Positions 36,660 through 49,277 of a stretch of DNA of 64,000 nucleotides are shown here, piece after piece. Position numbers and translations under genes: made by a program. Each line of letters begins with the position of its first letter. Position 1 is the stretch's first letter. The notes below the pieces were generated by a model. The model saw only the letters and a list, made by a program, of their open reading frames with translations, was not told the origin of the DNA and searched no databases. This stretch comes from Bispira polyomma (Eukaryota). The DNA lies in assembly GCA_965649765.1 (NCBI GenBank), contig OZ287757.1, positions 49,662,001-49,726,000 of the forward strand. The letters are read 5' to 3'.

Positions 36660-37380
36660 GGCCAGTCTAAAAAGCTAAGTTTTCAGATAGGTTCTGAAAC
36701 CTGTGATTTTATGCTGTGATGTGACAGCGTGTGGGTTGTTTCATTTGACAGAAGCCGCAATGGCTGAGCAGAGCCTACCCATTTTTTGTGTTTGGTCCGG
36801 TTGAGTAAATGGAAAGGCAGTTTCCCCAGGTAAGGCTACTAGATTTGAGGACAAATAATAAGGTTGGTGGAGTTTGATAGCTTTGAGCACAAGAAAGGTG
36901 TATTTAAAAATAATGCGCTGTTTGACAGGCAGCGAGTGGAGTTAGTTTAGGTATGGTGAGACATGGCTGAATTGGTCAAGCTTGTACAAAATACGACGGA
37001 GTGCATTTTGTACTCTTTGGAGCCTTGTTATATTGACCTTCTTTATACCTTACAGCAAGGAGTTGCAATAGACCAGCCAACTGCTCACCACTGAGACTGA
37101 AATATCTGTGTATTTTGCGTCGACTGTATAGATCGTAGTAGCATGCCTGGCAGACACTGGCTATGTGACTACTGGCTTGGTCGAAAATAACACCATCGTT
37201 CTAACTTTACTTGATAGTTACATATTTTTGTTTAAGAGACTGATCGGAAAGAATGGCTTGAAACTGTCTCGAGTAGCATTGTCACCTATAATAATAAATT
37301 TAAGTTTGTCTTTGCTGAGTTTAAGCTTGACACTTTCCATCAATATTTGCACAGAGTCAAGGCATTTTGCCCAGTAACCA
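36660..37380 (-). mobile_element. L2/CR1 LINE C-terminal fragment
   Basis: Minus strand reads KLKLSKDKLKFIIIG, YCNSLL, RLQRVQNALRRI, LN*LHSLPVKQRIIFK, FRTYLKT. Confidence 0.7.
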
Positions 37381-40300
37381 ATAAGTCAAGCTATTTTACC
37401 TTGAATTATACACAACGATAACACAATTTATCTTGGTATATTTTTTTATTCCATGTATTCATATCACATTTAACTACATGACAAAAGGCTACAACCTATG
37501 ATAAAATATGTGATTATTCAAACTGAATACTTGAGAATAATAACCACCCCTAACAACACCTTACATAAGGTAAATACCTAACATTATAAACCTTAACAAT
37601 AGCCTTTAGGGGAGGACAGGGTGGAACAAAATTATTTGTCCGTCCCAGTTGGTGCCAAAAATGAACTGCGATGACAAAAGCTGCATACGAAAGCATCCCG
37701 GCATTTCTGACCTTTTTGTCATTCAACATGCTTGCTACTAATCTGTGTTCTTACAACCTCACCACAGTGATCAATACGTCAAGCCATTTTGACCTTGAAT
37801 TAAACACAATGATAACAAAATAATCTTGGTATATATGATTTTCAATTGCATGCATTCAGATCACATTTAAGTATACGACAAAAAGCTACAAGTAATGATA
37901 AAATATTTGAAATATATTATTTGAAGTGAAATACCTGAAAATAATAACCACCCCAAGCCAAACAAAGAAAGTAAAAGTAAAAATACAATTACAATTAAAT
38001 ACAATTGTAATAAATTGTATACTGAAGTATAACAAAAACAACATTTGATCTTATAGGAATCTATATGATATGTAGGTACATATTTGGAACCAGTGCTAAA
38101 TTCCTTAAATGGATATTATTGTCAATACAGACATTGAAGCAAAAGTGCCACAAGTGGGAGTGATGTTAAATTTAATAAATATTGAAAGGGATGTAATTTA
38201 TACATAAATGTTTACCAAACTAATACAAAACAATAAAAAAATGATAGGCATGGCTTTTGGCAATTAGATTTTGAAATATGACTCAGATCACTTATGTTAT
38301 CTCCATAACAAAAGAATGCTGTGGATCGAAAAGAAAAAAAACTTAAAGGATAAAATTTACTGCAACTATGATTTAGAATGGTTCACTAAAGCAAAGTACT
38401 AGAATTCAGTGTGAATATATGCAAAATTCCTGACATAAATTATTTAATGGTTTTTTATAAAATTGATTAATAATTAATGATCTGTAGTAAAAGATTAATA
38501 ACACCATTAGGAACAATTACTAATTAAATCTCTTGTTTTTTGGATAAAACAAAAACCCAGATAAACACACTTTTAATTCTGATTTCTTCTTTAAAAAATG
38601 TGTCAAACATATGTCAAAATCCGAGACTTTTGTAGGATTTGTTGATGCCTAAATTTGTAAAATGCTGTTGCAGGTTGCAAATGCCCTGGTTGCAAGCCGA
38701 CTTAATTACTACAACTCACTATTGTATGTAATTGGACAGGTGTGGTTAAAAACAAGCTGCAAAACATTCAAAACAACCTGCAGAATTGTGTGCCATGCTG
38801 GTTCCCGCTGACATATGCCACCTCTGCTTGAAAAATGCACTGGCTTCCTATTAAATTCCATATTAAATTCAAGGTGAATGTCGTCATTTTAATGACTGTC
38901 AATGTTCAGCAACATGCCTGCTTATCATCTATGCTGTTTCTCAGCAATATTACCAGAGAAAATCGTCTCTCCTTCTTGTGTCCAGTCTCTTTACTAATCT
39001 TCGCACTGAGACAAGGATTACAGGCTTCAGGAAAAAGCTAAAATATCTGTATCAACTCTCTTTACGCCTTTGTCTGCTGGTCAACACTGACCTGTGATCA
39101 CCTTTTCTTCTATTAGCCTATTTTTCGCATATTGACTGGGATGTGCGCCAAAAAGTAATACTTCATATATACGATTATCATATGTCTAAATAAAAATACA
39201 TGGTACAAAAATGGAATTTTCTTAATTTGCAACATTATTGATCCTGGTAGTTATTCAGAATTGACCAAACAAATTGAGATTAAACATAATTTTTATTTTT
39301 TACAATTTCTTGAAATCAATTTTATGTTAGTTTGATCCTTAATTCATTTGGGTTTTATGTCACTTTCAAAAGATTAATTCATATAATGACAGCCAGTTTC
39401 AATGGTGGTAGAAACCAATGCTGAAGCACTGTAAACCACCAATCTAGAGCATGTAATTGACAAACTTTTGCCCATGACATACCGGACGGGATTCGAAACC
39501 CACATTGGTGAGATGCCAGTAAAACGGGGCTTATTCCCAATAACCTGCTGCTGCCACCAGTTAATAGTAAAAAACAGTGCTGGGGGAAATAACTAGGTAA
39601 TGCTTCCCCCTATAGAGAGATTTAGATAGACCAGGATACCACCAAAAATTTGATAGTGACAATGTTTTTAACAGACACACACTATAATCAGGTCATAAAA
39701 GGTAAAATTACCGCACAGCTTTGACTTCACCATGGTCAAAGTCAAAATGACCTACTAAAAGCTTTGTAACATGAATTTATGGTAACTTTAAACATATATA
39801 TTTCCAAAGAGACTATGTCAGTCTTTCCAAATGTTTTTTCAACCTAAATTAATTATTTTCGTGCTGCCTTACTCATTGTGCCCTTAATATTGTGCCTTAA
39901 AATATTGTATTTTTTATTTTTAATACGCCTTGTTGTTACGAGGAATTTTCTGCAACAACAGAATCAATTGAGCCATTTAGAAGTCCCAAAAAAACAAGGT
40001 TTACAGGGGACGGAACTAAGGGGGTTATGCGAGTTTTAGTCAGAAGAGGTAGCTTTAAGTGTTTGTAGCTCAAATCGCAGAATTTTCCTTGACATGGCTG
40101 CAGCAATTGAGAAAGCCATAAATAGATAATGCTTACACAATACTAGTTACCTCGATAGAGTTTAATATATTTATATTCTAGGGTTTAACACAGACATTTT
40201 AATTTTTCCCACAAAAGTATTGTATATTTTTTTTTTTTTTTTTGTAAATATGTGGCTAAATTTTAGGATGATCTAAAGCTCAACTCTGACTCATGCTCAA

Positions 40301-41075
40301 ATTTAAAGTCCCCATATCTTTGGCTAGGGTAAAGTTAAATAAAATGTGACTACATAGTCTCTAATAAAATAAGTGGTCACAAGTGGAGGTTATCCCCATA
40401 TACAAGATCTTCAACATAGCCTTCATTTGAGTTGAGTCTGAGTTTGAGTTTGTTTCGAGAATACAGCCCTTGGTCCAGATCCACCAGATTAACTACTGCT
40501 TATTTACATGATCATGTGTATAGTACAATCGGTCATAAATAAAATGAAAATATTCACTGGGAATTAATTTCGGGCTATTCTAGCTAAATGAGTATGATGT
40601 TACTTTTTTTATTGCAAAATATGTTATAACTTGGTACAATCTGTTTTAAATCAACTAGAAATTTTCACTTGGTAAAAAAGTGATGTTCGGCTATTCTAGC
40701 TAATGAGCTTAGTGGTGAAAATTAGTTCTTCCCAGTGAAAGTTTACAGTTCTGTTCATCTTTTAACTAAAGGTTGGCCAATAGGAAAAACCTAATTCTGA
40801 TGAATGTCTTAAAATTGTAAAATAGTAAACTTTTCCAATAAGTTTCAATTTTGAACTTTTACATTATTTTCACGTATAATAATATGGCAATGGTCGCTGT
40901 AAACCCAATTTGTGGCCCAAGTGGTACTTTGGACATGCAGAGCATTGTGTCTTGAGTCACTTCGATTATAATGTGGTCCAGTACAAAATGAAGTCTTTAA
41001 AATCCCCTAGATATGTACCTATAATATGCCCGGATAATCTACTGATATAGTCCAACATCATTCTCTTTTCTATTC

Positions 41076-44000
41076 TCAGCATGTCATTGTTCCATCTTTG
41101 CATGTTGCGTAATATGTTCCATTTACATTGGCAATATCATATCCAAATAGCTTCATGTCTTCGTGATATTTTTGGCTAAATCGGTTGACATAGAGTGCCT
41201 TGTTGTCCAGTAAGTTGAATAAAGTTAACTGTTCACCAATGTGGTCTTTAGATGCACTCTTTGCCATGTGTTTAGTAGTACCCAAACCCGACAATCTGGT
41301 ATTCAGGATATATTCCATATCAGCATTAGTGGTTTCCATTTTTGCTATATAACTACAGGGAAACAAGCATAATCAATTAATATTATAATATATCATTTGA
41401 TCAAATATCAATAACCATATGTATATGTTGCACCCAATCCGTAAAATTGCCCATTTAGGCGAAAGAGCAAGAAAATTTGCCCCATTCATAAAATGGGCAG
41501 CTTAATAAATGTGGTAAATTTGAATTAAACAAAAATAAAAATGGGCAACCTTTTGTCCAAAAAAATATTTGTTATTCATAGATTGTAAAGATATATGGTT
41601 TGGGGTCGTTTAAAAAATATCTATATTTGAATTTTTCACATATAAGTCCTGAGTCAGTTTTAACATAAAATAAAATGTGAGATAGCCTGGAACTCCCTTT
41701 GTACTATTACACCATTTAAAAAAATAGGACTCTCACTGCAGTCAACGATTTGATTGAACATGGACAAGTTGATACAATAGACATGCAAACCATGAACATT
41801 TGTTGTTGCCAGGGTTACACAGGTGTCATTGCCATAAAACTGTCTAGCTGAAAGGTGTTATTGTCTTAAAACAGACAAAAAATCACAGTGACAAAACATG
41901 TGACAATGTCCATAAATAGATGAATTTGACCAAAAATACTACAACAAATATAATATTGCATTAAAAGACTATTCACTTGTAATATAAAAAGTCGTATATA
42001 TACAAGGAAATGTTGTCTTTATGAAACAAATGAATGTTGTCTTAGTGTCTTAGAAAGTAGTTGTATTTTGTATGTGAAAGTTATATTGATGTTTAAAAAA
42101 AAATTCTAATCATTGTGTGAAAGATAAAATTTTGTGCATTTGCTTGCCCATTTTGTAAAATGAGCAAAGAATTTGTTGTCTATTTCATGAAATGTGCAAG
42201 TGAGTTGCCAATTTCACGAAAAGGCCAATTTCATAGATTGGGTTGAACATACATGCTTATGAATAGCAAAAATAGGGGCATACCTGTATTTTATAGTACA
42301 CAAGTAACTCTGTGCGTGAAAAGGTGTTGTGTGGATATTCACATCGAAATGCTTAAACAGGTCTTCAAGAAAGTCTTCGAAGGCACTTGCCATACTTGTG
42401 TGTGATTGCATCGCTGCAGACTTCCTTGTTTCCTCTGGTGGTGTACTTAAGTAGTTTGCCATGAAAACAGATTCCAGCCTCCTTAGAGGATGCATCACTG
42501 TAAGAATGGAATAATAGTAGGACACCTTGTACATCGATTCCTTGTGCAAACAGTCCGAGAGAAGGCCTAGACCAATACGGTGATAGAGCTCCTTGTCGAA
42601 CGGGTCAGTGAACGTATCCACTTTATGTGGTGCATTGTTGATCATTAATGACCTCCAGGACTTACAATTGGTTCCATCAACAGTGTTCAGTAATACCCTG
42701 TGAGAGTCATCCACCAGAAAGTCTATGGCACCAAGCACGCTGTCTGTAAGGTCCTTCAACTGTCCACGAAGATTCAACTCCTTACATTTCGACATAAATA
42801 ATTTCTGACGTTCATACTGACGATCAATAGTTTCTAAAAAGCATTGAAAAACATCAAAGAAGTTAAAACAAAAGGGCAGGTTTAACCATGGTAATTTATT
42901 ATCATAGTCAGTTGAGGTAGTGCAGGTAAGGTGCTGATAAAAAGGTAGCCAGTCAAAACCCAAAATCTACACCAATGTGATAGTAATTTGATTCTTATTG
43001 TTAACAAATGTTGTTTCATTTTTTACGAGGGATGGTTCTTGAGGCACATTGTGAAAATTATGCAAAAATTGTAATTAAAATTATAGAACTATTTAATGCT
43101 GAGCAGGTATTCACTGAATCCCTAGACAACTACTTCCAACATTCTCTTTAGCAATTACAATCTTTTAATGTCAAAGGGATAAAACAATTAACTTTGCCAT
43201 GAAATTGACCAAGGGTGAGTTTGTGCTAGAGCTTTGGTATGGTCAGATCCTACTAGATTAGAATAGAAGAAAGAATTTAATCATGTTTCTTTGATATAAA
43301 TTTGTAATGTTCCCCAGGCCAATTCCAGTGTTTATCAGGAGAGGGCGAACGCCACTTCGTGCAACTGGGGTGGCTTTTTACAGAGGTAACAAATAGAAGA
43401 GGAGCTAATTTATCCAATAAGATTTCAGTTATAAATGTAAGGAGAGCTGCTGAGCATTGTCTACTTTAAAGGCTAAAGTTGTTGTTTTTTATTGTCCCTA
43501 GGTTATTGATTGTTGACTATTATCAGAATTTGAAATCTCTCAAAGGATGTGTAATTAAATTGTTTGTAAATGCATAAATTACATGCAATGTATCACACAA
43601 TTTAGTTTGAAGTATACCAATAGAAAATAATGTAATAGTGGCATTATGGGTTGGCGATCTGATTGTCTGTTGACACAATAAAATAAGGTTAAATATATGA
43701 AAGCCCTACAACCTGATATTAACCAAGAACATTAAAGACTTTTTGAGACCAAAGACCTACTACATCATAAGTGGCAGTCACACAGGAATTTGGTTATCTG
43801 ACCAGTCACAGAATCATCGTAAGAACAGTCGCCAAATATGGACTACATATGTAAGGATTGGTCTTATGAAGGTCTTGTCGAGGTTTTGCAAGTGTGCAAG
43901 ATCGCCAAAGATAGGTTGGACAAAGATTGCAGACCACCGTACGTCCAAGTGCAATGTTTTAAAGATTTTTGAAGATCATGGAAGACTGGTTAAACTTTGT

Positions 44001-47000
44001 GTGAGTAATGCACTTTAGTTTGAGATGGATCCATGTGCAGTGTCATAAAGAAGATATAGTTTGTGTTGTAGGTCTTAGAAAGACTACACATAAACATAAG
44101 AATCCCTTTAAAGATCTGTCAATATCTTTAAGGACTTTTCTGGGAATATTAGGCATTATGTCAAACCTCTATGATTATTAGGTCCTAGGCTATTTGTAAA
44201 AGGCCTTAACCCTTGTGTAACTGGGGCTTTAGAAAATGGTAAAAAGTAAATGTTTTCTTTCGCATGGAAGCAAACAAAGGGATGTGCGTACTGGGTCCAA
44301 TCACTATTTAAAATAGTGTTCATGTTATTGGCCAAATCCAGTTTTTTCAGTCAAGTTTGGGATTTTTGTTCTATCTTCTGTATTTTGAAAATAAGAGTTT
44401 GTTTAGCTCACAACAATTATGGCAACAGTCAATATAATTTCACTTCTTGAGAAAGGTTTCCAAAATATTGGTATTATTTTAAGTATATCACTGCACAAAA
44501 TCTATAATTTGACACATGAAAAATTTTATTGATTGATCAATACAAAAAATGAGTGACAAAACACATATCTAAACAGTATTTATCAGTATATCAATTATCA
44601 ATACCTCTTAACTGATTTTAGACACTTATAAATAATAATTTCAAGTTTTACAGTCCATCATTTATTTGTTTTATACACTAAGATACATTGATCCATTGCA
44701 TTAATTTGTACTAAAGTAAAGTTTTTACTATTATTATTATTGGCATGTATATTATCGATTGTTTGTTTTGTTTTCCTTTGTGGGTACTGGTTTTGATAAA
44801 TCTATCATCAGCTGTTCATACTTTATACTTTTTGTAATATTGACTTAAACTGCTTCAGTATAATTCAGACTGTCTGTCATTGAATAGTCATTGACGTCAA
44901 TCGGTTGAGATATTCTATTCTGTTCACCCTGTTTTATAGAACTTTAAATTAGAAGATAAAGTGCTTAAAATATGATGTTCAACCTACTTCTTCCAAAATA
45001 AAGCAAGTTCCCATTTTATTTCCCCGGAAGCTTAATGTGGACATATGTGTTTCGCATTGAGAAGATACATAAATTCTTTCTTTTTTTCTCTGTAAAACCA
45101 ATATTTCATATACCTTATACTATACATGTTAGTGATGTCAGTATTGTATTTTACTGTTGAATATTGCATGTTTGTCTGTGAGATATTGTAATGTGTACAC
45201 TCTGGAACAATTAACTGCTTCAATATATTTTAGGAACTCTGTCATTAAATAGTCATTGACTTCACTCATTTGTGCTATTATATTCTGTTCACCCTGTTTA
45301 ATATAAGCTCATATAATAAGATAAAGTGATTGAAAGCTGTTTTCCCACCCACTTCTTCCAAAATATAAACAACTTTGGTGAAGATATATTCAAAAACCTA
45401 TTATAACATACTGGTTTGGTTTTGTAATAAAAGCCCCTTCTCTAATTATAGCCTTCCATTCAAAGTGAAGTGCAGATAACTAATATGCCAATATTGTTGC
45501 AGGTACTGCACTAAAATTTAATTTAAAAAATCACTAGCCTATTTCTCTTTGAGGCAGTGTTGTAAATGTTGAACAAATACTGTCTAGTGTCAGATAATTG
45601 TATGACAACGCAGATGAACATGTGATTTTTTTTTCTATGGTGGAGCATCTACGCATTTTGTGGATAGTGTCACTGCTTCATAGGAGTATGTTAGAGCACC
45701 ACATGTCAACATTGTTTTCTCAAATAATAGACCTCCCTTTCGTGAAAAAATGACTCTAGCTGTGTTTATTACAAAAATTACAGTATTTGTACACACCATT
45801 GGTATTAAACATTCGGCTCAACTATACACACATAACTACAACTCTTTATTTTTTACAGGGGTCAACCGTTGTATTTGTTTTTCGTGCCCTGTATGAAAGA
45901 GTATATGGGTTAATGTTCACCTTTTTGATTTGCCAAGGTATTTTATCTTAATTTATCAAGATATTATCTTGGCAATACCCCCCAAAAATAAATTAAGGTT
46001 GGCCCTTGTGAAAACAAAATTATAAAATAGGTTGGTCCGAATACTCTTCTGTATGCAAGAATATTTGGCTAAAATAAATTTAAACTATGATAACTTCAGA
46101 AAGGTATGATAGAGATTCAATAACCTATTCCCAAACCTGTAAACATCTTGATTTAAACACTGACATATGCTCTGTGTTCTTTCCTATTCCAGTTCCAACA
46201 GGTTGTTAAAGCTATTTTGAAAATCACATGAAAATTAAATACTATCTATGTATCATATGAAGTCAAATTGAACCACCATAGTTTAGTATTGCATTGTTAC
46301 TATTTTGTCTAGGTGTAAATCTACATATGTATATATAATGTGAAAAATCTGCCATAAAGGAGTTTGGGTGAGAGGTACAAATATTATGATTATTTTTACT
46401 GCCTGGGTATCCAGTATTTTGTAAACGAGTAGAAATTTAAATAACATCCAATGATTATTTTCTTTCTGGACTATTATTCTGACTGCACTAACACAAACCA
46501 ATACCAGTAAAGGAAATAACACTAGTAATAACCAATTTAATATATAATTAAACAACTTACAATGTTCAACTCATAGTAGTTTCATATGTCTACGACTGGC
46601 TGTTGCAACATGCATGGTTTTAAGGGGGAAAGCTGACATTATAAAGATATTAATTATGACATTTTTATGACCTATTTCAGTTACAGACTAGGTAAAAAGG
46701 TGATGTTTTGTCGACAAAACTGTTTTTTTGTGTGTAAATAAGAAGTCTGTGTACAAACATAACATCATATGAATGTCAGGAATGGTTTAACAAGATTCTT
46801 AGATTTTTATTATAATAAATGTGATTGGCTGAATATGATTTACCAAGCAATCTGATTGGCCGAGCCTAAGAAAATTCTAAGAATTGCATTCCAAGAATGT
46901 TTGTGAATATTGCCCAGGATTGAGAGGCAGAGGTGGTTGGAGGGGATTGTACACAAGTGAGACCTCACACATCATTTGAGTGTCAAATGGATACTTTTAG

Positions 47001-47527
47001 TCACACAAATACATAACATCACTGGCATTGCACTTGAAGGTGGCCTTTCTCACAATGCAACAAGCATCTATACCACTGGTCCATACCAAATTATACGAAA
47101 CAAACTCTGTGGGAATAGTATTTAGTAGCCAGTAGCCAGTAACCCTTGGAGTTTTCTAAGGACCAACACAATTTGCAATGAAGACATTGACCCTCTGTGG
47201 CTGTGTTCACAGTGTCTTTATGATAGAAATAATATTGTCATCCTTACGCATCAAAAAATGTCATAATTAATATCTTGATAATGTCAGATAACATATGCGA
47301 ATATGATAAAAACTGATAATAAATGCACCAAGAAATTTCTCCAATCTGTCTCTGTATATACATATATTTATATCATATACACCACCTTTAAAATATAGAA
47401 GCCCTTTTCCGGTGTCTAACTTCTTTTGAGTCAATGTCCCATTATTCCTTAAGTGTGTAAACAAACCCAGAAGTCCCATGACAATGACAATAGCAGTCAA
47501 TGCAAGAATTTTAGTGTAATAATTCAT
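41076..47527 (-). CDS. Diverged carbohydrate sulfotransferase-like gene B, complement(join(41076..41352,42284..42833,47386..47527)), 322 aa
   Basis: Exons 2-3 are homologous to gene A (IDFLVDDSHRVLL, HPLRRLES, DMKLFGY) with the same intron positions and phases. Exon 1 (MNYYTKILALTAIVIVMGLLGLF) is a type II anchor ending in the same AG|GTGGTGTATA donor as gene A; the exon 1 assignment is less certain. Confidence 0.8.
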
Positions 47528-48417
47528 AATGCTAATACAATAATGATAACCAAATTTTATATAAATATACTGCTCCCTGGGAAATATATCCACATTGTCC
47601 AGCACAACATATGTTTGTATTGGGCTTGTAAACGTATTGTAAAAATACTTTTTTTAATCTGACTGCATTTAGTATAGATGATAAAATTGATTGTAGATCA
47701 ATAGAATCATCTTGGCAAGTATTTAGTTATAAATTTGAGATGCAATTGACTTTTTTTAGTATTTGAATTCAATATTTGAAGGTTCTGAATAAAAGAAACA
47801 GAGTTTAAACATAACTAGAGTAGATCTTAGATGAAAAAAATAGAAAATACACAATTTGAAGTTATAAAAAAAATTGCTAAGGGAAAGGTTACATCCCTAA
47901 AGTATAATTTGTTAGGGTATCATAAAGGCATCTGGTACAGTTCTCCTTGGTGAAATGCGAGGGTCAAAGTGAAAGTTAGGTTTATTAAGAAGTGAAGTGT
48001 TTGAAGAAACAGTCAGAGTATAATTTGAGGTATATTTATTTTCTGTACATTGTTAGTAAAATGTATATATACAAGTAGGGATAAAATAAAGAAAAATTTT
48101 TTTAAAAATCTGATAATTTTTAAAATCACCCATCACGACGTGATATCAATAACACAACTAGACATCAAGAAAATCCCGAGGAATATAACCTCGTAGCAGT
48201 AAACAGTATATTGGTTACCCAATTATCTGAGGCCTATGCAAAGCATATTAAGTAAATCATAACAGCCCCCTACAGGGAATAGTCATATGCACTCATGCAC
48301 GACTTCAAAATCATAAGCATTCTGACTCGCTATATCCAGCCAACAATACCGTGGTAACTATACATTTCTACAAAGTTAAATCATCTTATTACATACATAT
48401 TAATATAATTTCACATA

Positions 48418-49271
48418 CTATGAGAACTGAGAACTAGGGTATGGAAGAAGCAAAGGTAAGGGGAACAGCAGAAATGGCATCAGAATTGAGATACCCACAT
48501 GTGTGAGCACTGAAGCTAAAGCTGACCTTACATGTGATTCTATGACTGGAAAGTGAGGTTGACAAGCATGTACAAACAGTGGATGTTGAGGTGGCAAAGG
48601 TCTTGAATGTAGCAGGTTCTTGAGAGCGGAAACTGGACATAACGCCGTTAAGTTTTTCAGTGAAGGAATTTGTATGACATGGAATTGTGACCTGTTTTGA
48701 AGGTTCTTAGCCCATTTAAGAATAATGTGGGCTCCTGGGTGGCCAAATACAATATCTTTCCTCAGAAAATGACGTGTAGGGTCAAATTTTGACCTTGAGT
48801 GAGGAGCTATATTGGAGATTCGGAGGAAACCGAAGAAGGCCATCATGACGATTGCCCTATATAATGGTGGGTCACTCAGAATATCACATGCCTTAGATAT
48901 GAGGATCGAATGGTGAATTTGGAAGATTCCCTTGGGGAAAGGTGTAAATGGTGAAGTATGTGATAAACTCCTTGTGAAAAGGGCCACAGAATTATTTTGG
49001 AATATGTTAATGTCCCAGTACAGCTTGTTCGCAACGTGATTTATAGCCGCTATATAATTATAGATCATGTTCACCGATGAACCTGTCTGTACCAGATATT
49101 CTAGGAAAGAAATGAAAGAATGTGTGGTGACACTTTCTACACCAGCATAACAGTTAAAAGCAACGAAAGTTCTGAACTGATTGTTATATGTTGCTGTAGT
49201 CTTTGGTCTGAGAGCACTGTTAATCCGCTTCCAAGCTGAAGCTGTGAACTTCTGAGTGAACTTGTTTGCAC
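48418..49271 (-). pseudogene. Tyrosine recombinase of YR element 2, C-terminal catalytic part deleted
   Basis: FFGFLRISNI, KWAKN, LCPV present; HxxR and catalytic Tyr motifs are missing after VGIS (~48490). Confidence 0.85.
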
Positions 49272-49277
49272 CTGGAA

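Larger units (their letters stand above)
20157..41734 (-). repeat. Right arm of large inverted segmental duplication, lengthened by arm-specific segments (20541-21142, 29069-34505, 35503-38063, ~39627-40495)
   Basis: Reverse-complement collinearity with 1903-16644; homology resumes on both sides of each arm-specific segment. Confidence 0.95.

Noticed and set aside
39627-40495. Right-arm insertion as a defined MITE
   Set aside because: Clearly arm-specific, but I could not establish TIRs or a TSD, so no family call is made.
46283-46555. Hydrophobic minus-strand ORF as an alternative exon 1 of gene B
   Set aside because: Non-ATG start and no convincing donor; the 47386-47527 exon fits better. 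Not fully excluded.
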